A stretch of 64,000 bases of DNA, taken from an uncultured Gammaproteobacteria bacterium (lineage in GTDB: Bacteria > Patescibacteriota > Microgenomatia > Levybacterales > UBA12049). Positions 1 to 8,653 of this stretch are shown here, piece after piece. The notes beneath the pieces are model-generated. The model was not told the origin of the DNA and ran no database searches. It saw nothing but the letters and a program-made list of their open reading frames with translations. Each line of letters begins with the position of its first letter. Position 1 is the first letter of the stretch. The stretch spans positions 2,772-66,771 of the forward strand of contig CAYZZF010000003.1 of NCBI GenBank assembly GCA_964483115.1, read 5' to 3'. The position numbers and the translations under genes are program-made.

Positions 1-493
1 AACATGGGTAATAAAACCTACTTCTTTAATACCTTCAATAAGGGGAACATTAGCTGTTGAACCGGCGGCAATGATAAATTTCTTCCCTTGATATCTTTGA
101 CCATTAACTTCTATTTCGTTTGGAGAAACAAAAGATGCCTGTCCCTCTATATGGGTAACATTTTCAAGACTCTTTAATACTTTTTCGTATTTTTCTTCTC
201 TCAATCTTGCAACAAGATCAAGCCCATGCTGTACTACAGTTGTGAAGTCAAAGTTCTTTACTTCAATATCAATTCCAGGAATACCATGGTTTCTTGCTTG
301 GTGCATTATTTCACCTGCCCAAAGCAAAGTCTTTGAAGGCACGCAGCCAACATTGACACAAGTTCCACCGAGAGGTAAACCTTTGTTTACCATTAAGGTT
401 TTTGCTTTGAGGTCATTAGCTTTAATGGCGGCGGCAAAAGCTCCTGCACCACCACCAATAATTATTAAATCGAAATTATTATTCATACTTTAA
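1..493 (-). CDS. merA: Class I pyridine nucleotide-disulfide oxidoreductase, MerA-like. Partial: the N-terminal 164 aa are present and the C-terminus lies beyond the window start.
   Basis: Manual reverse translation from the ATG at 493 gives MNNNFDLIIIGGGAGAFAAAIKA...GGTCVNVGCVPSKTLL... It has a Rossmann FAD motif GGGxGA and the redox-active CxxxxC disulfide motif. Several blocks align with the mercuric reductase core. The ORF is open to position 1. Confidence 0.55.
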
Positions 494-537
494 CCGCAGT
501 TCGGACACATAATCTTCCACCTCCTTTAAGTTTATAA

Positions 538-864
538 CTATACGATGAAATCTTTTAAAGTTTTTGTAAAATCATTTTTGCTTAATGAGTAATAAACAGT
601 TTGCGATTCTTTTCTTTTCTGTACTAAATTTAATTCTAAAAGTTTTTTAACGCTATGGGAAACAACAGAAATGGAAGTATCTAAAATTTCTGCCATATCA
701 CTGACATTAAATTCAGGATAATGACAGAGAAGGTAACAAATCTTAAGTCTTGTAGTATCGCCCACAACTCCTAATTGGTGGGCACAGGCAACTAACTCTT
801 TTTTATCCTCCAATTCCTTTTTAATCTTCTGGTATTTATTCATGGTATTTGAATGATTATTCAA
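538..864 (-). CDS. ArsR/SmtB-family metal-sensing transcriptional regulator
   Basis: It has a winged-HTH typical of ArsR proteins (LKICYLLCHY...VSDMAEILDTSISVVSHSVKKLLELNLV) with a Cys pair in the alpha3 helix. It is divergent from the gene at 937 and directly upstream of the MerA-like gene. Confidence 0.6.
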   Translation of the reverse strand: MNNHSNTMNKYQKIKKELEDKKELVACAHQLGVVGDTTRLKICYLLCHYPEFNVSDMAEILDTSISVVSHSVKKLLELNLVQKRKESQTVYYSLSKNDFTKTLKDFIV

Positions 865-914
865 ATAATATACCTTCCTTAACCTTTAAGTCAAGAAGAA
901 AATTTATGCTCAGC

Positions 915-928
915 GAGATCTCGATCTC
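915..928. promoter_or_regulatory. Perfect palindrome GAGATCTCGATCTC in the divergent intergenic region; candidate ArsR operator
   Basis: 14-bp inverted repeat 49 bp upstream of the ArsR start. Duplicated TTGACA boxes follow at 938-958. Confidence 0.3.
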
Positions 929-987
929 AAAAAAACTTGACAAGTATTGACTTGACAAGAATCGTTAAATATGCAACGATAAATTGC

Positions 988-1560
988 ATGAAGAAGATAC
1001 TACTGTCCGTAACCTTCTTTGCAATTACTCCTATAATTTTAGCTTTAAGTCTAATTTATCTGTCATATTTTTCGTACGTGAATAAAGATAAAAGCAATGC
1101 ATTTGCTAATGTAAATAAAAAAATCGCTTTTGCAGCTATTCCAACTACCGAAAATGTGCTTAAAGACCAAATTCTTTCCCAAGACAAAAGGATTGAAAAC
1201 CTAAAACTTTTCTTTAATGAGTACAATTCACCTCTTGAACCATATGCTGAAAACATAGTAAACGTATCCGAAAAATACGGATTGGATTACCGCCTACTAC
1301 CAGCTATTGCCATGCAGGAAAGCAATCTTTGTAAAAAGGCACCAAAAGACTCGTATAACTGTTGGGGATTTGGGATATATGGTAAAAAAGTTACAAAATT
1401 CTCAAATTATGCCGATGCAATCGAAGAGATATCAGAAACCCTTGCCACGGAATATAAGGGAAATGGATTAATAACCCCTGAGGAAATTATGGGCAAGTAT
1501 GCACCCTCAAACAATGGTGCGTGGGCGAGTTCGGTCAATTTCTTCATAAATCAGCTTTAG
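988..1560 (+). CDS. Membrane-anchored putative peptidoglycan hydrolase (glucosaminidase/lytic-transglycosylase-like domain)
   Basis: N-terminal TM helix. C-terminal domain has AIAMQESNL...YNCWGFGIYG, which resembles the Glucosaminidase/SLT catalytic E-S motif. Paralogous to the protein at 1797..2354. Likely start is the internal Met (MKKILL). Confidence 0.4.
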   Translation: MKKILLSVTFFAITPIILALSLIYLSYFSYVNKDKSNAFANVNKKIAFAAIPTTENVLKDQILSQDKRIENLKLFFNEYNSPLEPYAENIVNVSEKYGLDYRLLPAIAMQESNLCKKAPKDSYNCWGFGIYGKKVTKFSNYADAIEEISETLATEYKGNGLITPEEIMGKYAPSNNGAWASSVNFFINQL

Positions 1561-1639
1561 TAGCTCTCCAGGAAGCTAAATCAAAATTAAATTGAGGCTA
1601 AATGCTTTAAAATCGAGGCTAAATCCTATAGTTTAGGAC

Positions 1640-1668
1640 TTGACAAACCTATAGTTAATTGATATAAT
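1640..1668 (+). promoter_or_regulatory. Sigma70 consensus promoter: TTGACA, 17-nt spacer, TATAAT
   Basis: -35 at 1640-1645 and -10 at 1663-1668 with exact 17-nt spacing. Preceded by three degenerate ~21-nt repeats (GCTAAAT...GAG) at 1575-1640. Drives the gene at 1797. Confidence 0.5.
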
Positions 1669-1796
1669 CTCTTTCAGATCCTAAGGTATGCTTTCCAAAT
1701 GCATACGTTAGGATTTTTTTATGACTTTGATCCTTTCAAAATTCTTCATAAACCCACTAAATTAAATCCCGCTTAGCAGATTGCGGATGTAAGACT

Positions 1797-2354
1797 ATGA
1801 AAACAAAATTATTTTATTTATTTATATTTCTTTTTATATTATTACAATTTCCCCCAAAGAGTGTTTTCGCACAGGAGAATTCATCTGCTTCATCAGCTAT
1901 ACTTACAAAAGCAGTTGGGGAATCTGTAAGAGATACTAGGGCTAAAGTCTTACAAAAATTTCTTGAATATTATGGTTCTCCGCTTGCTCCTTTTGCGCAA
2001 AATTTCGTAGACTATGCAGATAGGTACAATTTAGACTGGAAACTCGTTGCTGCAATATCAGGAGTCGAATCAACTTTTGGACAGGCTATCCCCAAAAATT
2101 CATATAATGGATGGGGTTGGGGAATCTACGGAAATAACGTAACTCGTTTTGCTTCGTGGGATGAAGGCATCAAAATAGTATCAAAAGAGCTTAGGGAGAT
2201 GTATATGGACAAGTGGGGAGCAAGAGACATTTTTGAAATAGGTGGTATGTATGCACAGTCTCCGACATGGGCTTACCATGTATTGTATTATATGAACCGA
2301 ATTGAAGACTTTAAACTCTCAGATCCTCAGTCGAGTCTTTCAATTACGCTATAA
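1797..2354 (+). CDS. Secreted paralog of the putative peptidoglycan hydrolase (signal peptide plus glucosaminidase/SLT-like domain)
   Basis: Signal peptide MKTKLFYLFIFLFILLQFPPKSVFAQE. AAISGVESTFG...YNGWGWGIYGNN matches the paralog at 988..1560. Confidence 0.4.
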   Translation: MKTKLFYLFIFLFILLQFPPKSVFAQENSSASSAILTKAVGESVRDTRAKVLQKFLEYYGSPLAPFAQNFVDYADRYNLDWKLVAAISGVESTFGQAIPKNSYNGWGWGIYGNNVTRFASWDEGIKIVSKELREMYMDKWGARDIFEIGGMYAQSPTWAYHVLYYMNRIEDFKLSDPQSSLSITL

Positions 2355-2375
2355 ACTCTGTATAATGAGGTGCTG

Positions 2376-2458
2376 CCCAGATGGCGGAATTGGCAGACGC
2401 GCTGGCTTTAGGAGCCAGTGCTCGTGAGAGCTTGAGAGTTCGACTCTCTCTCTGGGCA
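2376..2458 (+). tRNA. tRNA-Leu (anticodon TAG)
   Basis: Acceptor GCCCAGA/TCTGGGC. Anticodon stem CTGGC/GCCAG with loop TTTAGGA. Long variable arm. T-arm GAGAG-TTCGACT-CTCTC. Discriminator A. No encoded CCA. Confidence 0.75.
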
Positions 2459-2464
2459 CTAATT

Positions 2465-3292
2465 ATGGACTCTACTATTGAAAAACAAGAAGACGGGACA
2501 ATAAAACTTACTATTACCATACCTCTTATAAAAATCAAGAAGGCGAAAGAAGAGATTTTGGAAGAAATCGCAAAAGAGGCTAAGATTGCCGGTTTTAGAA
2601 AAGGCAAAGCGCCAAAAAAACTTGTTGAAAAGAAGTTAGACCAGGGAAAACTCCATGAAGAAAGCCTTAAAAAAATTCTGCCTATAGCATATTCTGAGGC
2701 GGTAAAAAAACATAATATTACTCCAATAATGAATCCTAAAATTCACGTAGAGGATCTTTCAGATGATAAAGATTGGAAATTTACTGCCTTAACGTGTGAA
2801 GCACCACAGATTGATCTTACTGAGTATAAAGACGCAATTAAAAAACTCACTGCAAAAAATAAAATTGTAATTCCTGGTAAAGAACAAACGCAAATCAAAC
2901 TTGAGGAGATAATAGATGAGCTTCTTAAAAACATTAAAGTAAAAATTCCAAAAATTATTATTGAGCAGGAAGCGCAAAAACTCCTTGCTCAAACTCTCGA
3001 TGAAATAAAAAGACTGGGTCTTACCCTTGACCAGTATCTTGCATCAACAAATAAAACTATCGAGAGCTTACAGTCAGAATACGCAACAAAGGCTGAAAAT
3101 GATATAAAGATTGAATTTGCTCTTCAAAAGATTGCAGATGAAGAAAACATAACAGTGACTAATGGCGAGATAGATGAAGCGATACAAAAAGCAAAAGATG
3201 AAACGGAACGAGAAAGATTAGAAGCGAATCGGTACCTTTTAGCAAGCATCATTCGTCAGCAAAAAACGCTTGATTTCCTTAAAAGTTTATGA
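2465..3292 (+). CDS. tig: Trigger factor (short form)
   Basis: N-terminal ribosome-binding signature GFRKGKAPKKLVEKK matches GFRPGKVPRKVV. Start moved to the ATG after the tRNA. Shorter than the canonical ~430 aa protein. Confidence 0.55.
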   Translation: MDSTIEKQEDGTIKLTITIPLIKIKKAKEEILEEIAKEAKIAGFRKGKAPKKLVEKKLDQGKLHEESLKKILPIAYSEAVKKHNITPIMNPKIHVEDLSDDKDWKFTALTCEAPQIDLTEYKDAIKKLTAKNKIVIPGKEQTQIKLEEIIDELLKNIKVKIPKIIIEQEAQKLLAQTLDEIKRLGLTLDQYLASTNKTIESLQSEYATKAENDIKIEFALQKIADEENITVTNGEIDEAIQKAKDETERERLEANRYLLASIIRQQKTLDFLKSL

Positions 3293-3298
3293 TAAGGT

Positions 3299-3964
3299 GT
3301 GCACATGAAATCTTTAAAAACAAAAACATCTAAATCAGGAACATTAGATTATATAGATCAAAATCCCATCGAGGCTTTCAAGGAAATAGGGACAGGAGCA
3401 GCGGATTCTCTTGTTAATGACGTAAGCAAACAAGGCGAAAGCGATTTGTGGGAAAAATTGCTCGGCGCAAAAGAAGACTTATCGGACAAATTTTCTGGAG
3501 AATTATCTGAAGGGCAAGAAATTAATTTCAAGAGTCTTAATAAAAAAAGAGCGGAAGAAAAAGACGATTTTGCAGATGTTGAACCTCTTATAGATTACAG
3601 AAGAGAAATTATTCAGGTAGAGCAACGGACTGGACATGAAAACACTAAAGTTATAAGAGCAAAGATTGAAGAAATACTAGTGGAGCTTAAAAAAATTGCA
3701 TCAACTTCTCAAGAAATTGCGATAGAATTCAAACAAATAGCAGTTGAGCAAAGAATAGAAAAACCAGGCGAGTATCATCTTACATTTTTCGAGTGGATGC
3801 TTTCATTAGTCCGCTCAGCTCGAGCAAAAATAGAAGATTCAAGTGCTTGGCTTTCAGTTATGGAAAGCAAAAAGACGCAGAGGACGTACTGGAATATGTT
3901 TGCAAAACACGGGACGACATTTGGACTATCAAACGAGCGAATAGTTGCTACACAAACAGGATAA
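3299..3964 (+). CDS. Hypothetical protein
   Basis: Complete 221-aa ORF, translationally coupled to tig. No recognisable motifs. Confidence 0.35.
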   Translation: MHMKSLKTKTSKSGTLDYIDQNPIEAFKEIGTGAADSLVNDVSKQGESDLWEKLLGAKEDLSDKFSGELSEGQEINFKSLNKKRAEEKDDFADVEPLIDYRREIIQVEQRTGHENTKVIRAKIEEILVELKKIASTSQEIAIEFKQIAVEQRIEKPGEYHLTFFEWMLSLVRSARAKIEDSSAWLSVMESKKTQRTYWNMFAKHGTTFGLSNERIVATQTG

Positions 3965-4068
3965 ACATGACAAATAGGTCTTTTTTACTCCTTAACATCA
4001 TTCTCCTCATTACGGAGAACTGATTGTTTGGGAGAAAAGGTCTCAAGACTAATAAAAGAATAGACATA

Positions 4069-4098
4069 ATCTCCCAAACAGGGAGATTTTTATATTTT
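4069..4098 (+). terminator. Rho-independent terminator (ATCTCCC-aaaca-GGGAGAT plus a T-run)
   Basis: 7-bp GC-rich stem followed by TTTTTATATTTT. It is nested inside a longer inverted repeat, GTTTGGGAGA (4026-4035) / TCTCCCAAAC (4070-4079). Confidence 0.5.
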
Positions 4099-4599
4099 AT
4101 GATAGAAATTATCACAAAGTCAGTAAAACCGCCAAAAGAATCGGTGCGTCCTACGATTGCTATAGAAGAAATTGATGACGTATCGGTTGGCCGCCAAATT
4201 CTTTCGGTAAGAACAATTATTTCGTGGATACCTAACGAAACTGTACTTTGTCTTATAGATACACTCAATCGCAACAATGCTCAATCGGAAAGAGCAAGAC
4301 ACAGTTTAACATTCTCATTAAACAACAATAGCCCAAACACAAACACTTTATACGGACACAATAGGGGACTCTCGGCATATTTTACTTATAATCCTAGTGA
4401 TGAAACAGTAATTGTTGAGTGGGGAACTATTGATCCAAGAGATGGAGTTGCCAAACTGCACACGCATCTTAATCGAGTAATCGATTTTAAAAATAGAAGT
4501 AAAATGGGAATGAAAATAAGCTTAGGATATATTACTCAAGTACAAAGCGGAGTTTGGTTAGCACTTATTGACAATTTGATTAGTTATCAGGAAGAATGA
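4099..4599 (+). CDS. Hypothetical protein
   Basis: The listed ORF 4024..4599 overlaps the terminator. The ATG at 4099 (MIEIITKSV...) sits just after it. Beta-rich, no known motif. Confidence 0.35.
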   Translation: MIEIITKSVKPPKESVRPTIAIEEIDDVSVGRQILSVRTIISWIPNETVLCLIDTLNRNNAQSERARHSLTFSLNNNSPNTNTLYGHNRGLSAYFTYNPSDETVIVEWGTIDPRDGVAKLHTHLNRVIDFKNRSKMGMKISLGYITQVQSGVWLALIDNLISYQEE

Positions 4600-4726
4600 G
4601 CGGAGTCGCCTATGGGAAAAGTTATAAATACTTTACATAGTTCTGGTTTTGTCCCTATAACAGCGGACGGATTTGTCAAGCTTCCCTCATTTTGCTAAAA
4701 TCGACTAGCGATCCATAAATGTGGAT

Positions 4727-4802
4727 GGGCAGTTAGCTCAGTTGGTAGAGCATTCGCTTGACGTGCGAAAGGTCACTGGTTCAAGTCCAGTACTGCCCAC
4801 CA
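4727..4802 (+). tRNA. tRNA-Val (anticodon GAC)
   Basis: GGGCAGT/ACTGCCC acceptor. D-arm AGCTCAGTTGGTAGAGC. Anticodon loop TTGACGT. T-arm GGTTCAAGTCC. Encoded CCA. Confidence 0.8.
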
Positions 4803-4985
4803 ACAATTGACTTTCGGGAATTTTACCCGCCCTCGCTTTCACCGCCGCCGAATTTCGTATTTTGCTTTGCAAAATGCACCGCAAAAGAAACCAAAGAAGG
4901 AATTGTGTTTGCCCCGCCCTTCCCGTGCGCCACAACAAATTTTTTGCTCCCTTTGTCGATAATGATGTTTTATGGTATTATCTGA

Positions 4986-5034
4986 ATAGTACTAAATCTT
5001 TGATGATACTGCAACATAATAGTACTATAAAGAT
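4986..5034 (+). promoter_or_regulatory. Two AATAGTACTA(A/T)A boxes upstream of the XRE gene; candidate operator
   Basis: AATAGTACTAAATCTTT (4986-5002) and AATAGTACTATAAAGAT (5018-5034). Each has a palindromic AGTACT core and their tails are inverted (ATCTTT / AAAGAT). Confidence 0.3.
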
Positions 5035-5039
5035 TACCT

Positions 5040-5255
5040 ATGGCAAAACAAGATTATCCACTTTCAAAAAATCTCAAGAAGCTAAGAGAAAAGAAAGGGC
5101 TTTCGCAAGATCGGCTCGCGAAGCTCGCCGATATCGCCAACAATACGATTATTAAAATTGAACAAGGTGAAAACATGAACCCTCGACTTGATACACTAAA
5201 AAAGATTGCGAAAGCCCTTGAGGTCAAGGTCGATGATTTGATAAATGACAGTTGA
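5040..5255 (+). CDS. XRE-family (Cro/CI-type) HTH transcriptional regulator
   Basis: LKKLREKKGLSQDRLAKLADIANNTIIKIEQGENMNPRLDTLKKIAKAL is a canonical XRE HTH. Confidence 0.7.
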   Translation: MAKQDYPLSKNLKKLREKKGLSQDRLAKLADIANNTIIKIEQGENMNPRLDTLKKIAKALEVKVDDLINDS

Positions 5256-5321
5256 TATTATGAAAAGTTTCGGGGGGTAAACTATAAGTAAGGTCGCGTT
5301 ATAATTAATTTTTTAAAATCT

Positions 5322-6590
5322 ATGGTTAATCAACAAATGTTTGATTACATCAAGCAACAGCTACAACAAGGAGTCAGCCGAGAACAAATCAAAAATTCTC
5401 TTATGGCTAACGGCTGGCAAGAAAATGATATAAACGAAGCTTTTAATATGTTTTCAAATAACCCTGTCCCGTCGCCGCAAGCACCCGCTCCACAAACCAT
5501 AACCGTCTTGCCGGGCGCAGCTGTTATTTTTGGTCAGGCATGGTCGCTCTATAAACAGAGACTAAGAACTTTTTTGGGGATAATGATAATCCCAGTGTTA
5601 GTTTTAATTGGTCTTATGGTGGTGCTTGCGGGCGGCGGATTTTTAGGCCTTACACTTCTTTCTTCAAAATTTGCCGTTGGAGGAATTGGACTTTTGATAA
5701 TTTTGGGAATTGTATTTTTCTTGGCTATTTTCATAAGTCAAGCGTGGGGCCAAACTGCTTTGCTTTATGCAATTAAAGATAGTCAGGAAGGCATAGGGGT
5801 TAGTGAAGCGTATCGCCGCGGTTGGCACAAAATACTTTCTTATTGGCAGGTTGGCCTTTTGGCAGGATTTATTACGATGGGCGGATTTTTATTGCTCGTC
5901 GTGCCCGGAATAATTTTCGCAACTTGGTTCAGCTTGGCTGTATTCGTTTTGATTGCCGAGGACTTGAAAGGAATGGATGCTTTGCTCAAAAGCCGCGAGT
6001 ATGTCAAAGGAAAATGGGTGGAAATTTTCTGGCGTTTCCTTTTCGTCAGTATTATTTCACTCATTATTTCATTAGTTTCAATTCTTATTTTCACCTTCCT
6101 GAAAATTCCGTTTGGCGCGCAAATTAGTCCCTTCGTAATCGGACTATTTTTGACGCCACTAGTAATGAGCTATTCATACTTGGTATACAACAATATCAAG
6201 GCAATCAAAGGCGAAATTGCTTTTGCGCCAACCGGCGGACAAAAAGCAACTTTCGTTATTCTAGGCATTCTTGGTTTATTGTTAATCCCCACGATACTTT
6301 TCTCTACCATTTTCTTGAGTCTTGGTTCTGCAAAGGAAAAAGCGAGAGATGTAAGAAGGCAAACCGATCTGAATCAAATTCGTGTGGGACTTGAATTATA
6401 TTACGACCAGTATAATGCCTATCCGTTCTCGCTGAACGAATTATCGCCTCAATTTTTGCCGACGACACCCGTTGATCCAAAAACAAATATGCCTTACCAA
6501 TATCAATTACAGCCAGACGGCAAAAATTATAAAGCTTGTGCAGAGTTTGAAGCTACTAAAACCGAGAAATGCGTTACTTCGCAGTTCTAA
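5322..6590 (+). CDS. Polytopic membrane protein with a C-terminal pseudopilin/GspG-like globular domain
   Basis: Small N-terminal soluble domain, a Pro-rich linker, then about 6 TM helices. The C-terminus ARDVRRQTDLNQIRVGLELYYDQYNAYP matches the RDxxRxxDLxQIxxALExYY...YP head-domain motif of the pilins at 27045 and 27524. Confidence 0.5.
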   Translation: MVNQQMFDYIKQQLQQGVSREQIKNSLMANGWQENDINEAFNMFSNNPVPSPQAPAPQTITVLPGAAVIFGQAWSLYKQRLRTFLGIMIIPVLVLIGLMVVLAGGGFLGLTLLSSKFAVGGIGLLIILGIVFFLAIFISQAWGQTALLYAIKDSQEGIGVSEAYRRGWHKILSYWQVGLLAGFITMGGFLLLVVPGIIFATWFSLAVFVLIAEDLKGMDALLKSREYVKGKWVEIFWRFLFVSIISLIISLVSILIFTFLKIPFGAQISPFVIGLFLTPLVMSYSYLVYNNIKAIKGEIAFAPTGGQKATFVILGILGLLLIPTILFSTIFLSLGSAKEKARDVRRQTDLNQIRVGLELYYDQYNAYPFSLNELSPQFLPTTPVDPKTNMPYQYQLQPDGKNYKACAEFEATKTEKCVTSQF

Positions 6591-6830
6591 TTGATTTGTG
6601 GTAAAGATATGGAAAAATATGAAGAAATAAAAAAACCCATTAAGCAAATATTTTTTGATAATTTTCTTGGAGGCATTGCCTGGGCACTTGGAGCAACATT
6701 TGGTCTTTCGCTCATAGTTACATTTCTAACTGTTATTTTAAAAAATATTGATTTTATACCTATTTTCGGAGGCTTTGTTTCAAAAATAACAAGTTATGTT
6801 TTACAAAATAACCCTCACTTGGTAAAATAA
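6591..6830 (+). CDS. Small membrane protein
   Basis: 79 aa with one or two hydrophobic helices. Abuts the preceding gene. Confidence 0.3.
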   Translation: MICGKDMEKYEEIKKPIKQIFFDNFLGGIAWALGATFGLSLIVTFLTVILKNIDFIPIFGGFVSKITSYVLQNNPHLVK

Positions 6831-6834
6831 GCAA

Positions 6835-8088
6835 ATGAATGACTCCAAAAGACCAATCAAATTGACAGAAAGTCACCAACAAATAGGACAAGAACAGGAT
6901 TTATTTACTTTTTCAGACCTTGTCGGCTCGGGTCTTCCACTTTTTACACCTAAGGGCGCAATACTTCGAAAAGTGCTTAATGACTATATAGATGAACTTT
7001 TAATAAAAGCAGGCTATCAATTTGTTTGGATTCCTCATATCGCAAGAAAAACGCTTTACCAAAAATCTGGCCATCTTGAAAAATTTTCGCAAGACATGTT
7101 TCCTGTTATGAAAGCAAAAGGACGGGAGTATATCTTAAAGCCTGCTAATTGCCCCCACCATATACAAATTTTTTTAAGAAAACCCTGGTCATACAGAGAA
7201 TTACCGCAAAGATATGCCGAAAGCTCAACCCAATATAGATCCGAACAATCGGGAGAACTTGAAGGACTGACGAGAGTTTTGGGAATGACGCTTGATGACT
7301 CACACGTTTTCGCCCGCCAAGATCAGATAAAAGAAGAGTTCAAAAAAGCACTCGAAATAAATAAACAAATGCTTTCTGATTTTGGCCTTTCCCACTGGAT
7401 AAGACTCTCTACCTGGAACGCCAAAGATAGAAAAAAATATTTGGGCGATGAAAAAACATGGGAAAACATGCAAAATCTTATGGAGGAAATTTTAAAGGAG
7501 CTTAAAGTTAAATATAAAAGGACTGAAGGCGAAGCTGCATTTTATGGGCCTAAGATGGATTTAATAGTAACTGATTCTCTTAAGAAGGAATGGCAATTAT
7601 CAACAATCCAAGTTGATTTTAATCTTCCGCAGCGTTTTAATCTTTCATACACAGACAAAACAGGAAAACAAAAAAGATTAGTAATGCTTCATAGGGCAAC
7701 TTTTGGATCTTACGAACGATTCTTGGCAATGATAATAGAACACTATCAAGGAATATTTCCTTTGTGGCTTTCGCCTGTTCAGATAGTTATACTTCCAATT
7801 GCAGATCGACATTTTGAGCTTGCAAAAAAGATTTACAAAATATTAATAGAAAATGGGGTCCGGGCAGAAGTTAATGACAAATCGCAAACCCTGCCTTCTA
7901 AAATCCGCGATGCTACTTTACAAAAAGTACCATATATGAGTATAATAGGAGATAGAGAAGTAGAAAAATCAAAACTTGAGGAAGAAAAAATCGTATCGGT
8001 TCGAACAAGAGGTGGAAAAGACTTGGGGCAAGTTAAACTTGTCCAATTTTTAAAAAGGCTACAAGAAGAAATTGATAAAAAGGTCTAA
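6835..8088 (+). CDS. thrS: Threonyl-tRNA synthetase (N-terminally truncated: catalytic core plus anticodon-binding domain only)
   Basis: Class II motifs ANCPHH and RVLGMTLDDSHVF, plus the C-terminal anticodon-binding fold. Lacks the TGS and editing domains. Confidence 0.8.
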   Translation: MNDSKRPIKLTESHQQIGQEQDLFTFSDLVGSGLPLFTPKGAILRKVLNDYIDELLIKAGYQFVWIPHIARKTLYQKSGHLEKFSQDMFPVMKAKGREYILKPANCPHHIQIFLRKPWSYRELPQRYAESSTQYRSEQSGELEGLTRVLGMTLDDSHVFARQDQIKEEFKKALEINKQMLSDFGLSHWIRLSTWNAKDRKKYLGDEKTWENMQNLMEEILKELKVKYKRTEGEAAFYGPKMDLIVTDSLKKEWQLSTIQVDFNLPQRFNLSYTDKTGKQKRLVMLHRATFGSYERFLAMIIEHYQGIFPLWLSPVQIVILPIADRHFELAKKIYKILIENGVRAEVNDKSQTLPSKIRDATLQKVPYMSIIGDREVEKSKLEEEKIVSVRTRGGKDLGQVKLVQFLKRLQEEIDKKV

Positions 8089-8653
8089 AAAACGCACAGA
8101 GCTAAAAAGGTTTCACCGAGTTAATCAAGGTATCTTTGCCCATACCTTAAGAGTGTTGGATAATGATGGGAAACAAATAGGAGTTCTTTCTAAGCTTCAA
8201 GCCCTAGAAAAAGCACAAGAACTTGGTCTTGATCTTGTAGAAATTGCTCCAAATGCTAAACCGCCTGTTGCTAAAATAATTGACTTTAAAAAATTTTTAT
8301 ACCAAGAGAAAAAAAAGAAAAAGGAAGAAAAAAGAAAATCAAAGATGTCCGAGACTAAAGAACTAAGGCTAGGACCTTTTACGAGCGGAAATGATCTTCA
8401 GGTTGTCATAAAAAGGGCCGGAGAATTTTTACAAAATGGCGACAAAGTAAAATTTGTAGTAAAATTCGCAGGAAGACAAATACAGCATCCGGAATTCGGA
8501 GAAAGGATTTTAGATAAGGTAGTCTTATCTCTTTCGGAGCTTTCTAAAGTTGAACGAGAAAGGCATTTTGAAGGACGACAGCTTATATTAATGTTGTCTC
8601 CTGAAAGAAAAAAAGAACATGATAAAGAAAAAAATAAAGAAATCAGTAAGTAA
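8072..8653 (+). CDS. infC: Translation initiation factor IF-3
   Basis: IRVLDNDGKQIGVLSKLQALEKAQELGLDLVEIAPNAKPPVAKIIDFKKF plus the C-terminal domain. Non-ATG start (TTG/ATA) as is usual for infC. Overlaps the end of thrS. Confidence 0.8.
   Translation: MIKRSKKRTELKRFHRVNQGIFAHTLRVLDNDGKQIGVLSKLQALEKAQELGLDLVEIAPNAKPPVAKIIDFKKFLYQEKKKKKEEKRKSKMSETKELRLGPFTSGNDLQVVIKRAGEFLQNGDKVKFVVKFAGRQIQHPEFGERILDKVVLSLSELSKVERERHFEGRQLILMLSPERKKEHDKEKNKEISK

Noticed and set aside
242-493. 83-aa plus-strand ORF (MKSKFFTSISIPG...)
   Set aside because: It lies entirely antisense to the well-supported MerA-like gene on the minus strand and is Pro/Ala-rich from reading the GC-rich antisense frame. Treated as spurious.
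2381-2464. N-terminal extension of the listed ORF 2381..3292 (MAELADALALGASARESLRV...)
   Set aside because: This portion is the tRNA-Leu(TAG) gene read as protein. The trigger factor gene starts at the ATG at 2465.
4738-5155. Three overlapping ORFs (4738..4938 minus, 4758..4985 plus, 4862..5155 plus)
   Set aside because: They overlap the tRNA-Val gene and its GC-rich flank, and there is no RBS. The last one overlaps the XRE gene out of frame.
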